Source: Flavobacteriales bacterium (GTDB taxonomy: Bacteria; Bacteroidota; Bacteroidia; Flavobacteriales; Flavobacteriaceae). Taken from it: DNA of 64,000 nucleotides. Location of the stretch: NCBI GenBank assembly GCA_038233835.1, contig JBBSVD010000002.1, positions 1,663-65,662 of the forward strand, in the 5' to 3' direction. The notes below the pieces were generated by a model. It searched no databases and was not told the origin of the DNA. It saw only the letters and a list, made by a program, of their open reading frames with translations. Position numbers and translations under genes: made by a program. Every line of letters starts with the position of its first letter. Positions within the stretch are counted from its first letter, which is position 1. Below are positions 30,188-40,782 of the stretch, one piece after another.

Positions 30188-31255
30188 TTAATTTTCACGA
30201 TAATAATCCAAGGCCTTTATTAACAGTTCATTTGAGACCACAACATCAATTTTTGGTTCCCCAAAATCATGTAAAAGAACAAAATTTATGTTGCCATGCG
30301 AGTTCTTTTTGTCGAATTTAAGCAAGTCAAGTACAGTTTTATAATCCTTGTTGTCAAGATCTATCTTAGAAAAGATAGCATTGATGCTTTTGGTAACTTT
30401 TTCTAATTTCTCTAAAGGGAAGTTACATATTTTATTGGAAAGAAAAGTAGCCATTATCATTCCTGCAGCAACCGCTTCACCGTGTAATAAATTTACCTTA
30501 TTTGGGTTAGCTAAAAAATAAGATTCTATGGCATGACCCAAGGTGTGCCCATAATTTAAAGTTTTCCTTATCCCTTGCTCGGTGGGATCTTCGGTAACAA
30601 TTTTAGATTTTATTTGAATAGATTCCAAAATAAGTCCATCCAGATCTTCCAGATCTAAAGCTTCTAAATTCGTTGCTTTGTTCCAATAAGTTTCACTGGC
30701 AATAAGTCCATGTTTCAAGATCTCTGCAAGACCGCTTCTCATTTCATTGGCTGGAAGCGTACCTAAATAATAGGAGTCTATTAAAACCATTTCTGGCTGA
30801 TTTATCACTCCAATTTGGTTCTTTAAATTCCCTAGATCTACTCCGCATTTTCCACCAACCGAGGCATCTACCATCGCTAATAAACTTGTTGGCACATTTA
30901 TATAAGTAATACCTCTTTTAAAAGTACTCGCAACAAATCCACCAAGATCTGTAACAACGCCACCGCCTAGATTAATTAAGAGACTTTTTCTATCTGCCTT
31001 CAATTCAGAAAGGCTGCTCCAAATCCCAGAACAGGTCTCAATATTCTTATGCTCTTCGCCAGCCTCCATTTCAATTACTTCAATTGTAGCAGTGGTTTCT
31101 AGCTTCTGAAGAAAATAATTCAAGCAATGATCATGCGTATTGCTGTCCACCAAAATGAATAAAATAGAAGGATTATTTTCAGCTAGAAAATCAATTAATT
31201 TTGAATATCCATTTTCTGCATAATAAATAGCAGCTTGGGTGGCTAAAACAGTCAT
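30188..31255 (-). CDS. aroB: 3-dehydroquinate synthase
   Basis: LGGGVVTDLGGF, PTSLLAMVDASVGGK, LNYGHTLGHAIE and LLHGEAVA. Confidence 0.96.
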   Translation of the reverse strand: MTVLATQAAIYYAENGYSKLIDFLAENNPSILFILVDSNTHDHCLNYFLQKLETTATIEVIEMEAGEEHKNIETCSGIWSSLSELKADRKSLLINLGGGVVTDLGGFVASTFKRGITYINVPTSLLAMVDASVGGKCGVDLGNLKNQIGVINQPEMVLIDSYYLGTLPANEMRSGLAEILKHGLIASETYWNKATNLEALDLEDLDGLILESIQIKSKIVTEDPTEQGIRKTLNYGHTLGHAIESYFLANPNKVNLLHGEAVAAGMIMATFLSNKICNFPLEKLEKVTKSINAIFSKIDLDNKDYKTVLDLLKFDKKNSHGNINFVLLHDFGEPKIDVVVSNELLIKALDYYREN

Positions 31256-31357
31256 ATTTAGAGAGGTTTTGTTTGATCTAACAGATATCGAAAATAAGCA
31301 GAAAATAATTAAATATTCCTAACTCAATAATTATATTTGTCGCATTAATATTTACAG

Positions 31358-32554
31358 ATGATCACACAAAAAATCTTTAACGATACAGAAACTGCTTTTA
31401 AATTAAAATCTACCGAAGATTTAAATAGGGCGTTGTTCCTTTTTGGCATGATTAACAGACCTACTTTAGTAAAAATAGGCACTTATCTCACCAATATTTC
31501 TCTAAAATTGCATTTACCTGTTGAAGGACTTATAAAGAGCACCATTTTTAAACAATTTAGTGGCGGTGAAACTATGGAAGCCTGCATGAAGGTTATCAAT
31601 AAAATGTATACCAAAAAGCTTCATAGCATTCTGGATTATTCTGTTGAAGGTAAAGAAGAGGAAACACAGTTTGATGCTGCCATGAAAAAGAAGATTAGTA
31701 TCATAGAATTTGCCGCATCGAAAAAGGAATTGCCGTATGCTGTTTTTAAACCAACTGGAATTGGAAGATTTGAGATATGGGAAAAAGTTTCTGCAAAATC
31801 GATTCTCACCGAAGAAGAAAAACAGGAGTGGGAAAGAGTTAAAAATAGAGTAGATCTAATTTGCGCCTCGGCTTTTAAAAATAACATTGGCGTACTTGCC
31901 GATGGAGAAGAGACATGGATGCAAGATGCAGCAGATGATCTTATGGTAGAGATGATGCAGAAATACAATGAAGAGAAGACAATAGTTTTCAACACGCTTC
32001 AGTGTTATAGGTGGGACAGACTTGCATACTTGCAAAAATTACATTTAAAAGCTAAAGCTGAAGGTTTTAAAGTTGGGGCTAAAATAGTTCGTGGAGCCTA
32101 TATGGAAAAGGAAAACGAGCGTGCTAGAAAACTGGGATATCAAACACCAATTTGTGAAAATAAAGAAGCTACAGATGTTAGTTTTAATGGCGTATTAGCT
32201 TATTGCTTAGCCCATATCGAAGATATTTCTGTTTTTATAGGAACTCACAATGAGATGAGTAACTATTTGGCATTACAAATTATGGAAGATAAAAATATTG
32301 CTATAAACGACTTCAGAGTTTGGTTTAGTCAGTTATATGGAATGAGTGATCATATTAGTTTTAATCTTGCTAAAAAGGGATATAACAGTGCTAAATTAGT
32401 TCCTTTTGGACCTGTTAGAGATGTAGTTCCGTATTTAATTAGAAGAGCTCAGGAAAACACTTCTGTAAAGGGTCAAACCGGAAGAGAGTTGGCTTTGCTA
32501 ATCGAAGAGAAAAAGAGAAGAAAAGGCGAACCTACAAAAGGGAATAGGGAGTAA
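31358..32554 (+). CDS. Monofunctional proline dehydrogenase
   Basis: KIVRGAYMEKE, GTHN, SQLYGMSD and PYLIRRAQEN. Confidence 0.92.
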   Translation: MITQKIFNDTETAFKLKSTEDLNRALFLFGMINRPTLVKIGTYLTNISLKLHLPVEGLIKSTIFKQFSGGETMEACMKVINKMYTKKLHSILDYSVEGKEEETQFDAAMKKKISIIEFAASKKELPYAVFKPTGIGRFEIWEKVSAKSILTEEEKQEWERVKNRVDLICASAFKNNIGVLADGEETWMQDAADDLMVEMMQKYNEEKTIVFNTLQCYRWDRLAYLQKLHLKAKAEGFKVGAKIVRGAYMEKENERARKLGYQTPICENKEATDVSFNGVLAYCLAHIEDISVFIGTHNEMSNYLALQIMEDKNIAINDFRVWFSQLYGMSDHISFNLAKKGYNSAKLVPFGPVRDVVPYLIRRAQENTSVKGQTGRELALLIEEKKRRKGEPTKGNRE

Positions 32555-32564
32555 ATTTGGGATA

Positions 32565-33103
32565 ATGATATTACTTGCCAGATTGATTTACTTCAAGTTA
32601 ATGGGATGGAAGGTAAGTGGAATCCCAAATCCAGAAATAAAAAATGTATTTTTATAGTTGCGCCACATACTAGTTGGTGGGATTTTCTTTTGGGACTATT
32701 AATCCGAAGGATCATCGATATGGATGCGCATTTTGTGGGTAAAAAAGAGCTTTTTCAACCTCCTTTTGGTTGGTTTTTTAAATGCATGGGTGGCTCACCG
32801 GTAGATAGAGTCTCCAAGCAAAACAAAGTGGAAGCCATTGCAGCATTATTCGAAAAAAAACCAATTTTTAAATTAGCTCTTTCTCCGGAAGGGACTAGAA
32901 AGAAAACCGATCGTTGGAGAACCGGATTTTATTATATAGCAGAAAAAGCACAAGTACCAGTTATTATGGTAGCTTTTGATTATGGTAGCAAAATGATCAA
33001 GTTCTCTGAACCTTTTTACACCACTGGAATTATAGAAGAAGATCTTCCACAGATGCAGAATTTTTATAATGGAGTAGTAGGGAAATTCCCGAACAAATTT
33101 TAG
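32565..33103 (+). pseudogene. 1-acyl-sn-glycerol-3-phosphate acyltransferase (PlsC-like) with an apparent 1-nt frameshift near the 5' end
   Basis: HTSWWD (HX4D) and SPEGTRK in ORF 32606-33103; a plausible N-terminus MILLARLIYFKLMGWKVSGIPNPEIK from ATG 32565 is in another frame and joins if the A6 run at 32639-32644 were A7. Confidence 0.75.
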
Positions 33104-33115
33104 AAATTAAAAAAC

Positions 33116-33835
33116 TTAATCTTCGGTTTCTTCCATTGTATGATATACGTTCTGTACATCTTCATCTTCCTCTAGGCGCTCTAGTAATTTTTCAACATCG
33201 GCAGCATCTTCAGAAGATAATTTTTTAGTTATCTGTGGGATTCTCTCGAATCCAGAAGATAAAATCTCTATATTTCTATTTTCCAATTCTTTTTGAATAG
33301 CTCCAAAACTTCCAAATGGAGCATAGATCAAAATTCCATCTTCATCTTCAAAAACCTCTTCGGCTCCAAAATCAATCAATTCTAATTCTAGTTCTTCTGC
33401 ATCATGTCCTTCAGCATTAATTCTGAAGTTACACGTATGATCGAACATAAATTCTACCGAACCAGAAGTTCCGAGATTACCATCCGATTTACTAAAGTGC
33501 ATACGCACATTTGCTACAGTTCTATTGTTATTATCTGTTGCAGTTTCTACTAAAACAGCAATTCCATGTTGTGCATAACCTTCAAAAAGGACTATTTTAT
33601 AATCGCCTTGACTTTTATCACTCGCACGTTTAATTGCACGATCAACGTTATCTTTAGGCATATTCACACTTTTAGCATTCTGAATAACGGCGCGTAGCCT
33701 AGAATTGCTATCTGGATCAGGACCGCCTTCTTTTACAGCCATTACTATGTCCTTGCCAATTCTGGTAAAGGCTTTAGCCATTGCAGACCAACGTTTCATT
33801 TTTCGTGCTTTTCTAAATTCGAATGCTCTTCCCAT
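33116..33835 (-). CDS. YebC/PmpR family protein
   Basis: GGPDPDSNSRLR, NMPKDNVDRAI, ATDNNNRTV and DEDVQNVYH. Confidence 0.95.
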   Translation of the reverse strand: MGRAFEFRKARKMKRWSAMAKAFTRIGKDIVMAVKEGGPDPDSNSRLRAVIQNAKSVNMPKDNVDRAIKRASDKSQGDYKIVLFEGYAQHGIAVLVETATDNNNRTVANVRMHFSKSDGNLGTSGSVEFMFDHTCNFRINAEGHDAEELELELIDFGAEEVFEDEDGILIYAPFGSFGAIQKELENRNIEILSSGFERIPQITKKLSSEDAADVEKLLERLEEDEDVQNVYHTMEETED

Positions 33836-33860
33836 AAATATTAAAATCTGGTGTAAAAAT

Positions 33861-33898
33861 AAAAAAAACGTTCCATTTCTATCTAAAAAAATGGAACG
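33861..33898 (-). terminator. Intrinsic terminator
   Basis: CGTTCCATTT...AAATGGAACG stem preceded by an A run (U tract on the minus strand). Confidence 0.7.
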
Positions 33899-33919
33899 GC
33901 AATTTAAAATAATTATTAT

Positions 33920-34207
33920 TTATTCAGCATTTACAATTGCTTCAATCGCTTTAGCTAATTTAAAGTCTTTTTCTGTAACTCCTCCAGCATCATGAGTTGA
34001 AAGCGTAATTTCTAATTGGTTGTATACGTTGTTCCAATCTGGATGATGTTGTTGCGCTTCAGCTTCAAAAGCAATTCTAGTCATCAAAGTAAAGGCTTCC
34101 TTAAAATTTTCGAACTCGAAGGAGGTTTGAATGGAGTTATCTACGTAAGACCAACCTTCTAATGATTCTAACTTTTCGTTTATTTCTTTTTCAGATAATT
34201 TTTTCAT
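33920..34207 (-). CDS. phhB: Pterin-4-alpha-carbinolamine dehydratase
   Basis: AEAQQHHPDW, LSTHDAGG and KDFKLA. Confidence 0.92.
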   Translation of the reverse strand: MKKLSEKEINEKLESLEGWSYVDNSIQTSFEFENFKEAFTLMTRIAFEAEAQQHHPDWNNVYNQLEITLSTHDAGGVTEKDFKLAKAIEAIVNAE

Positions 34208-34224
34208 AATAATTTTTTAAAATA

Positions 34225-34935
34225 TTAGCGGTATTCAGGATTTTCAAAAGCCCATCTTTTACCGTTTTTCCATTCCTCAGGTAAATTTCCATATGCTGGA
34301 TATCCGCCAGATTGCTTTAGCATACTTGCTAAATGCATTAGGTTATAAGTCATAAAGGTAGTATTCCTGTTTGTGAAATCGTTGTCGGCTGCATCAGATT
34401 CTTCGTCCAAATAACTTGGTCCGGGACCAACCTCACCAATCCATCCGGCATCTGCTTGAGGTGGAATGGAATAGCCTATATGCTGAAGTGAATATAGCAT
34501 ACTCATTGCACAATGTTTTATACCATCTTCATTTCCAGTGATCAAACAGCCACCAACTTTTCCATAAAAAATATACTGACCTTTTTCATTTTCCTTAGCA
34601 CTCATAGCATATAATCTTTCAATAATTTTAGTACAAATCGAAGATTTCTCACCCAACCAAATTGGGGTACAAAGCACCAAAATATCTGCTGCGATAATTT
34701 TTTCGAATAAATTAGGCCAATCATCTTTTTCTTCACCTTCTTTGGTCATGTCGGGCTGAATTCCATTAGGTAACGTATAATCTGCAGCACGAATTACTTC
34801 TACAGCAACACCTTCTTTCTCCATAATATTTTTTGAAACATCTATAAGCCCTCTGGTGTGACTTTGCCTTGGAGATTTTTTAAGCGTGGAGTTTATAAAA
34901 ATAGCCTTCAGATCTTTAAATTTTGGTGTATTCAT
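34225..34935 (-). CDS. Flavodoxin-fold protein (NADPH-dependent FMN reductase family)
   Basis: ADILVLCTPIWLGE, GKVGGCLITGNEDG and PPQADAGW. Confidence 0.85.
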   Translation of the reverse strand: MNTPKFKDLKAIFINSTLKKSPRQSHTRGLIDVSKNIMEKEGVAVEVIRAADYTLPNGIQPDMTKEGEEKDDWPNLFEKIIAADILVLCTPIWLGEKSSICTKIIERLYAMSAKENEKGQYIFYGKVGGCLITGNEDGIKHCAMSMLYSLQHIGYSIPPQADAGWIGEVGPGPSYLDEESDAADNDFTNRNTTFMTYNLMHLASMLKQSGGYPAYGNLPEEWKNGKRWAFENPEYR

Positions 34936-35016
34936 TTTTTATGGTTTCTCTAAAGTTACTAAATAGCAGAGAACTCTTTAAAAAATGTGTTCTAGTTTAG
35001 TGAAAGCTTAACAATT

Positions 35017-35832
35017 TTAAATTACAACGGAAGAATTTATTACCGCTTGAAGGGAAACTTGTAGATTTTTTGGTAAGAGATTATCCTTAGGTAATACAGC
35101 CAGAAACCTATCGTAATTAGAGTCATATACTTGCTTTAGAAGAGGATTTTTATATCCTAAAGCCAAGGCAATATCTGTAATTAGGTCATGTTGATGCGTT
35201 AGTTCTTCGCTTCCTAAATGAAAAACACCCTGTTTTTTCTGATTGATGATATAATGAATTTGTTGCGTAACACTAAGAATATCGGTTGCGTTAACTACTA
35301 CATTTGGAAAAACCTCTATCGCTTCTCCAAATTCAATCTTATTCTTAATCTCAACCGTTCTTGGAGAGTTGGCTCCAAAAACCATTGGTAATCTTAGAAT
35401 ATTATACTTGTTGTTGGGCAGTCTTAAAAGGGCATTTTCAATCTTTATTTTGAATCTTCCATAAATACTTTGGGACAAGGTTTTGTCATATTCGTAAGAT
35501 GGATAATTGGTAAAGGCATCAAAAACATTTGCTGAGGAGATGAACAGAAGCTTGCATTTATTCCGAAGTATATAATCTATAACTGAAAAATGCGTAGATA
35601 CTTGTGCTTCAAAATTTCCGCGAAGGGCAGAAACTATAACGGTAGGCCGAAGATTTTCCAGCAGGATCTGAATATACTCGGTCTCCATATCAAATTCGTA
35701 GAATTTCTGATTGTTCTCGAAGAAATTAGAATCGGTATGATAGGTTCCATAAGTATCAAAATAGGAGCAGAGCTCCTTATACAGGGCGTTCCCTATAAAG
35801 CCGCTTGCTCCTAAAATCAGTACTTTTTCCAA
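35017..35832 (-). CDS. RmlD-like NAD(P)-dependent sugar-nucleotide reductase (extended SDR)
   Basis: ILGASGFIG, FISSANVF, YGRFK (YxxxK) and ILRLPMVFG. Confidence 0.8.
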   Translation of the reverse strand: MEKVLILGASGFIGNALYKELCSYFDTYGTYHTDSNFFENNQKFYEFDMETEYIQILLENLRPTVIVSALRGNFEAQVSTHFSVIDYILRNKCKLLFISSANVFDAFTNYPSYEYDKTLSQSIYGRFKIKIENALLRLPNNKYNILRLPMVFGANSPRTVEIKNKIEFGEAIEVFPNVVVNATDILSVTQQIHYIINQKKQGVFHLGSEELTHQHDLITDIALALGYKNPLLKQVYDSNYDRFLAVLPKDNLLPKNLQVSLQAVINSSVVI

Positions 35833-35837
35833 TGGAT

Positions 35838-36920
35838 TTATCCTTTATAGAAAGGCAATTTCACTAAAGAGGCAGGAACTGCTTTTTTTCTTATTTGAAT
35901 AAAGATCTTATCATAAGCCTTTGCCATTTCTGTAGGGATATAACCCATTCCAATTCCTTTATCTAATGAAGGGGACATGGTTCCGGAAGTAACATTTCCA
36001 ATAACCTTTCCTTCTGAATCTACTATATCATAACCTTGTCTTGGAATACCTCTTTCATCCAATTCAAACGCGATCAATTTTCTTATTGGGCCTTCTTCTT
36101 TTTGCTTTTTTAAGGCTTCAGAATTTATAAATTCCTTATCGAATTTCGTGATCCAACCTAATCCTGCCTCAATTGGAGAAGTAGTGTCGTTTATATCATT
36201 TCCGTATAAACAATATCCCATTTCTAATCTTAGTGTGTCCCTTGCGGCTAAACCAATAGGTTTAATTCCAAATTCGGCTCCAGCTTCAAATATCTTATTC
36301 CAGATAGCTTCTGCATCTTCATTTTTAATGTAGATCTCGAAACCGCCACTTCCTGTATAACCTGTAGCAGAAATTATTACATTTTTCACTCCAGCGAATT
36401 CTGCAACTTCAAAAGTGTAAAATTTAAGATCCTTTAAATTTACTTTGGTTAAAGATTGCATAGCCTCTGCAGCTTTAGGGCCTTGAATTGCTAACAATGA
36501 ATATTCATCTGAAAGGTCTTTCATAGTTGCATCCATCGTATTGTGATGAGCTATCCAGTTCCAGTCTTTCTCTATATTGGAAGCATTTACCACTAATATA
36601 TATTTTTCAGCATTGAATCTGTATATAATAAGGTCATCCACAATTCCGCCATCTTCATTTGGCATACACGCATATTGAGCCTTCCCATCTATTAACTTGG
36701 AAGCATCGTTAGAACTAATTTTTTGAATAAGTTCTAAAGCATGTTCACCAGATATTAAAAATTCCCCCATATGTGAAACGTCAAAAACACCAACATCTTT
36801 ACGAACTGTTTCGTGTTCTACATTAACTCCTTCATAAGAAACGGGCATATTGAAACCAGCAAAAGGAACCATTTTGGCATTTAAAGATTCATGTATATCG
36901 TTAAGGGCTATTTTCTTCAT
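35838..36920 (-). CDS. gcvT: Glycine cleavage system aminomethyltransferase T
   Basis: [18 protein letters not shown] and [13 protein letters not shown]; ATG 36920 preferred. Confidence 0.96.
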   Translation of the reverse strand: MKKIALNDIHESLNAKMVPFAGFNMPVSYEGVNVEHETVRKDVGVFDVSHMGEFLISGEHALELIQKISSNDASKLIDGKAQYACMPNEDGGIVDDLIIYRFNAEKYILVVNASNIEKDWNWIAHHNTMDATMKDLSDEYSLLAIQGPKAAEAMQSLTKVNLKDLKFYTFEVAEFAGVKNVIISATGYTGSGGFEIYIKNEDAEAIWNKIFEAGAEFGIKPIGLAARDTLRLEMGYCLYGNDINDTTSPIEAGLGWITKFDKEFINSEALKKQKEEGPIRKLIAFELDERGIPRQGYDIVDSEGKVIGNVTSGTMSPSLDKGIGMGYIPTEMAKAYDKIFIQIRKKAVPASLVKLPFYKG

Positions 36921-37063
36921 CTGTTTTAAGATTTTCGCAAATTTATTTAAATCGATTTGATTAGTTGTGCAAATAAACATAATTATTAAGAATAGGCATC
37001 TAATATAATATTGCAGTGGTAATAATTTTATATTTGTAATACATAGAAAAACATTCGATCTAA

Positions 37064-38596
37064 ATGAAGATTTTTGATATAGAACAGTTAGCAGAAGCCG
37101 ATAAAATTACCGCAAAAAAGCAAGGACTAAAAGAAGGAGAGTTAATGGAAAGGGAGGGAACCCTTGTTTTTAATGATATTCACTCCAAACTTAACGGAGC
37201 ACAAATCCCAATCAAGATCTTTTGCGGAATAGGAAATAATGGGGGAGATGGCTTAGTTGTAGGAAGATTATTAATTGAGCATGGATATCAAGTAATAGTT
37301 TGTATAGTAAATTATAGCAAGACCAGGACTCAAGATTTTTTACTGAATTATGACAGAATTAAAGAAGTAAGTAAGGAATGGCCAATTCAAATTAAAGGAG
37401 AAGATGATTTTCCTGAGTTATCTGAAAAAGATTTTATTATAGATGCCATGTTTGGTATTGGATTAAACAGGCCTTTAGAGAAATGGGTTGGTGATCTGGT
37501 TTCCCATATTAATAATTCTAAAGCATTTATAGTATCCATAGATATGCCTTCTGGAATGTTTGCTAATAAAATGCCAGAAGATGAAGCCCATGTGATCAAA
37601 GCAAATGTGACTATTACATTTCAATCTCCAAAATTAATATTTTTCCTGCCTCAGGCTGCCAGTTATATTGGTGATCTTCAGGTTTTGGAAATAGGCTTGG
37701 ATAGAGAATACCTTTCAAAAACACCAGTACATAACCAATTAATTGGGAAACCTGAAGCTTTGTTGCTTTATCAACCAAGAACAACTATTTCTCATAAAGG
37801 AGATTATGGACACAGCTTTATAATTGGTGGAAGTTATGGTAAGATAGGCAGCATTTTATTAGCAGCTACTGCTGCACTAAGAACAGGTGCAGGGCTTGTC
37901 ACTATTTTTTCACCTAAATGCGGGTATAACATTCTTCAAACTGGCTTACCAGAAGCAATGGTGATTACCGATGAAAGTAATGAGGAATTAACAAATATTA
38001 ATTTTGAAATAAGTCCATATGTAATATGTTTTGGAATGGGCGCTGGCACCTCTAAGAAAACCAAGGAAGCTTTTACCAATTTACTTAAAAATACTAAAAC
38101 ACCAATGGTGATAGATGCAGATGGTATCAATCTATTATCTAAAGAAAAATCCCTTTTAAAGGAACTGCCAGAAAACACTGTTTTAACTCCACATCCAAAG
38201 GAATTAGAACGCTTGATAGGGAAGTGGAAAGATGATTTTGAAAAACTTGAAAAGGTTAAAAAATTCAGTAAAAAATATGGAGTAATTGTAGTTATTAAAG
38301 GTGCTCATACCATTACTGTTTTTAAGGAAGATCTCTATATCAACAACACCGGAAACCCAGGAATGGCTACTGCTGGAAGTGGAGATGTGCTTTCTGGAGT
38401 AATTACCTCGCTCATCTCTCAAAAATACGAACCTTTAATTGCTGCTGTATTAGGTGTTTATTTACACGGAAGAACTGGCGATATCATGGCTGAAAAATTT
38501 AGTTATCAAGGTTTGATTTCCGGAGATATAGCAAACAATATGGGATTGTCTTTTTTGGATTTATTTAAAAAGGAAATGCAATCTGAAGGGAATTGA
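37064..38596 (+). CDS. nnr: Bifunctional NAD(P)H-hydrate epimerase/dehydratase (NnrE-NnrD)
   Basis: [36 protein letters not shown] and [11 protein letters not shown]. Confidence 0.94.
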   Translation: MKIFDIEQLAEADKITAKKQGLKEGELMEREGTLVFNDIHSKLNGAQIPIKIFCGIGNNGGDGLVVGRLLIEHGYQVIVCIVNYSKTRTQDFLLNYDRIKEVSKEWPIQIKGEDDFPELSEKDFIIDAMFGIGLNRPLEKWVGDLVSHINNSKAFIVSIDMPSGMFANKMPEDEAHVIKANVTITFQSPKLIFFLPQAASYIGDLQVLEIGLDREYLSKTPVHNQLIGKPEALLLYQPRTTISHKGDYGHSFIIGGSYGKIGSILLAATAALRTGAGLVTIFSPKCGYNILQTGLPEAMVITDESNEELTNINFEISPYVICFGMGAGTSKKTKEAFTNLLKNTKTPMVIDADGINLLSKEKSLLKELPENTVLTPHPKELERLIGKWKDDFEKLEKVKKFSKKYGVIVVIKGAHTITVFKEDLYINNTGNPGMATAGSGDVLSGVITSLISQKYEPLIAAVLGVYLHGRTGDIMAEKFSYQGLISGDIANNMGLSFLDLFKKEMQSEGN

Positions 38597-38727
38597 AGAA
38601 AATTCAGTTATTTTAGCACTTGTTTAATAAATTGAAAGATTTAAGACTTCGATTTTATTAAGAATACATCAATTAGGATTATATGCAAATTGATTACTTT
38701 TTTCTCCTTAAAAATGCCTCATAGTTT

Positions 38728-40239
38728 ATGAATTCATATCATTATATCAGTTCTGCGGTATTAGATTTGCAAGTTATTCATGATATCCTTCAATATAAAA
38801 TGAAACTGGAATTGAGTGAGGAATCCAGGGTCAATATAGAAAAATCTAGAAAATATCTTGATGAAAAGATTAAACAAAGCGATAAACCTGTTTATGGAAT
38901 AAATACAGGATTTGGATCATTGTGTAATGTCAAGATATCTAGCGAGCACTTAACACAACTGCAGGAAAATCTTGTAATGTCTCATGCTTGTGGTACGGGA
39001 GCTTTGATAGATAAACCCATTATAAGATTAATGCTCTTGCTTAAAATTCAATCCTTGAGCTATGGAAATAGTGGGGTAGCATTAGAAACTGTGATGCGTT
39101 TGATCGACTTTTATAATGAAGATATCTTGCCAGTGATCTATGAGCAAGGTTCGTTGGGAGCTTCTGGAGATCTGGCTCCTTTAGCACATATGTCCTTACC
39201 ATTACTAGGTAAAGGAGATGTATATTATGAAGGTGAGCAAGTAAATGCCTCTGAAGTTCTAGCAAAATTTGACTGGCAGCCAATCAAATTACAATCTAAA
39301 GAAGGTTTGGCTTTATTAAATGGAACTCAGTTTATGAGTGCTCATGGAGTTTATGCCTTACTGAAATCTTATAAATTATGCTATTTAGCAGATGTTATTA
39401 GTGCGGTTTCTATAGATGCATTCAATTGCAATATGTCCCCTTATGACGAGCTAGTTCATATGGTAAGACCACATAGAGGGCAAATAAAAACTGCAGAGAG
39501 AATCAGAGAATTCTTATCTGGCAGCGAAATTGCAATTATCGAAAAAGAAAGTGTTCAAGATCCATATTCTTTTAGATGTATTCCCCAAGTTCATGGTGCC
39601 ACAAAGGATACACTATCCTTTGCTCGTAAAACATTCAAGACCGAGATCAATTCTGTTACCGACAACCCGAATATTTTTATTGAAGCAGATAAGATTATTT
39701 CTGGCGGCAATTTTCATGGACAACCCCTAGCGTTAGCATTAGATTACTTGGCTATTGCAATGGCGGAGATCGGGAATATTTCTGAACGCAGAATATATCA
39801 GTTAGTATCTGGATTAAGAGGCTTGCCTACATTTTTAGTAGAAAACCCAGGTTTGAATAGCGGATTTATGATCCCTCAATATACAGCTGCAAGTATTGTT
39901 AGTCAGAATAAACAATATGCAACACCTGCGAGTATAGATTCTATAGTTTCTTCCAATGGACAGGAGGATCACGTAAGTATGGGATCTAATGGAGCTACAA
40001 AATTATTGAAGGTTATAGATAATATATCTACTATATTAGCTATTGAGCTATTTAATGCTTCTCAAGCAATTCATTATAGAGAACCCCAGAAAACATCAGA
40101 ATTTCTTGAGGAGGTGCTTTATAATTTTAGAACTGTGGTGCCTATATTAAGGGAAGATCAGATCATGGCAACCCACATTCAAGCTGCTAAGAAATTTATT
40201 GATGATTTTGAAATTGAACACAGCTTATTGTTTGACTAG
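38728..40239 (+). CDS. hutH: Histidine ammonia-lyase
   Basis: YGINTGFG, GASGDL (MIO-forming ASG), QDPYSFRC, GGNFHG and QEDHVSMG. Confidence 0.95.
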   Translation: MNSYHYISSAVLDLQVIHDILQYKMKLELSEESRVNIEKSRKYLDEKIKQSDKPVYGINTGFGSLCNVKISSEHLTQLQENLVMSHACGTGALIDKPIIRLMLLLKIQSLSYGNSGVALETVMRLIDFYNEDILPVIYEQGSLGASGDLAPLAHMSLPLLGKGDVYYEGEQVNASEVLAKFDWQPIKLQSKEGLALLNGTQFMSAHGVYALLKSYKLCYLADVISAVSIDAFNCNMSPYDELVHMVRPHRGQIKTAERIREFLSGSEIAIIEKESVQDPYSFRCIPQVHGATKDTLSFARKTFKTEINSVTDNPNIFIEADKIISGGNFHGQPLALALDYLAIAMAEIGNISERRIYQLVSGLRGLPTFLVENPGLNSGFMIPQYTAASIVSQNKQYATPASIDSIVSSNGQEDHVSMGSNGATKLLKVIDNISTILAIELFNASQAIHYREPQKTSEFLEEVLYNFRTVVPILREDQIMATHIQAAKKFIDDFEIEHSLLFD

Positions 40240-40611
40240 CTTTAATTGACTTTCCATCCAGATTACGGCTTTTTCTAAAGTGTCAAAAACTTCAAAAGAG
40301 CTACTATGTCTAAAAAACTGTTTTTCTATAATGGTATTCTGCTTTACCACTGTATTAGTAGAGACTACTGCAATTGCAACTAAATTTTCAACATTAGCAG
40401 ATTCCAAGTGAATCATTGGATTTACAGAGTAGGAGTTAGTGCGGTTAGAGATATAACCATAAGCTTCATTATGAAAATTTTCTTTTCCTAACTTTAGCAA
40501 TTCTCTGTTATGGGGTATATCAAAAATAATTCCTTCATTTAATTCGGCTATAAGAATATTTTCTAAAAAGGTAACAGTGCCAAATTCTAGCTTTAGGGTA
40601 GATTCTATCAT
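40225..40611 (-). CDS. Hypothetical small alpha/beta protein (STAS/SpoIIAA-like)
   Basis: YISNRTNSYSVNP, IAVV and C-terminal FDTLEKAVIWM pattern. Confidence 0.6.
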   Translation of the reverse strand: MIESTLKLEFGTVTFLENILIAELNEGIIFDIPHNRELLKLGKENFHNEAYGYISNRTNSYSVNPMIHLESANVENLVAIAVVSTNTVVKQNTIIEKQFFRHSSSFEVFDTLEKAVIWMESQLKLVKQ

Positions 40612-40719
40612 AAATTATTAGGGGAAAATATGAATTCAAATTTAAGAATTTCGGTGTCAATAGCAAATGTTTTTTAATTAAGAAACGGAATAATTAAATG
40701 AGGCATTTTAAGACATTTT

Positions 40720-40766
40720 AAAAACTAATCCGCTATCGAATTAAATTCAATAGCGGATTAGTTTTT
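40720..40766 (-). terminator. Intrinsic terminator of clpC
   Basis: AAAAACTAATCCGCTAT...ATAGCGGATTAGTTTTT. Confidence 0.88.
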
Positions 40767-40782
40767 ATACTATTATTGGTAC

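Noticed and set aside
38728-40239. Aromatic ammonia-lyase of a secondary metabolite cluster
   Set aside because: Sequence fits ordinary HutH (MSHA specificity segment) and no biosynthetic genes are adjacent
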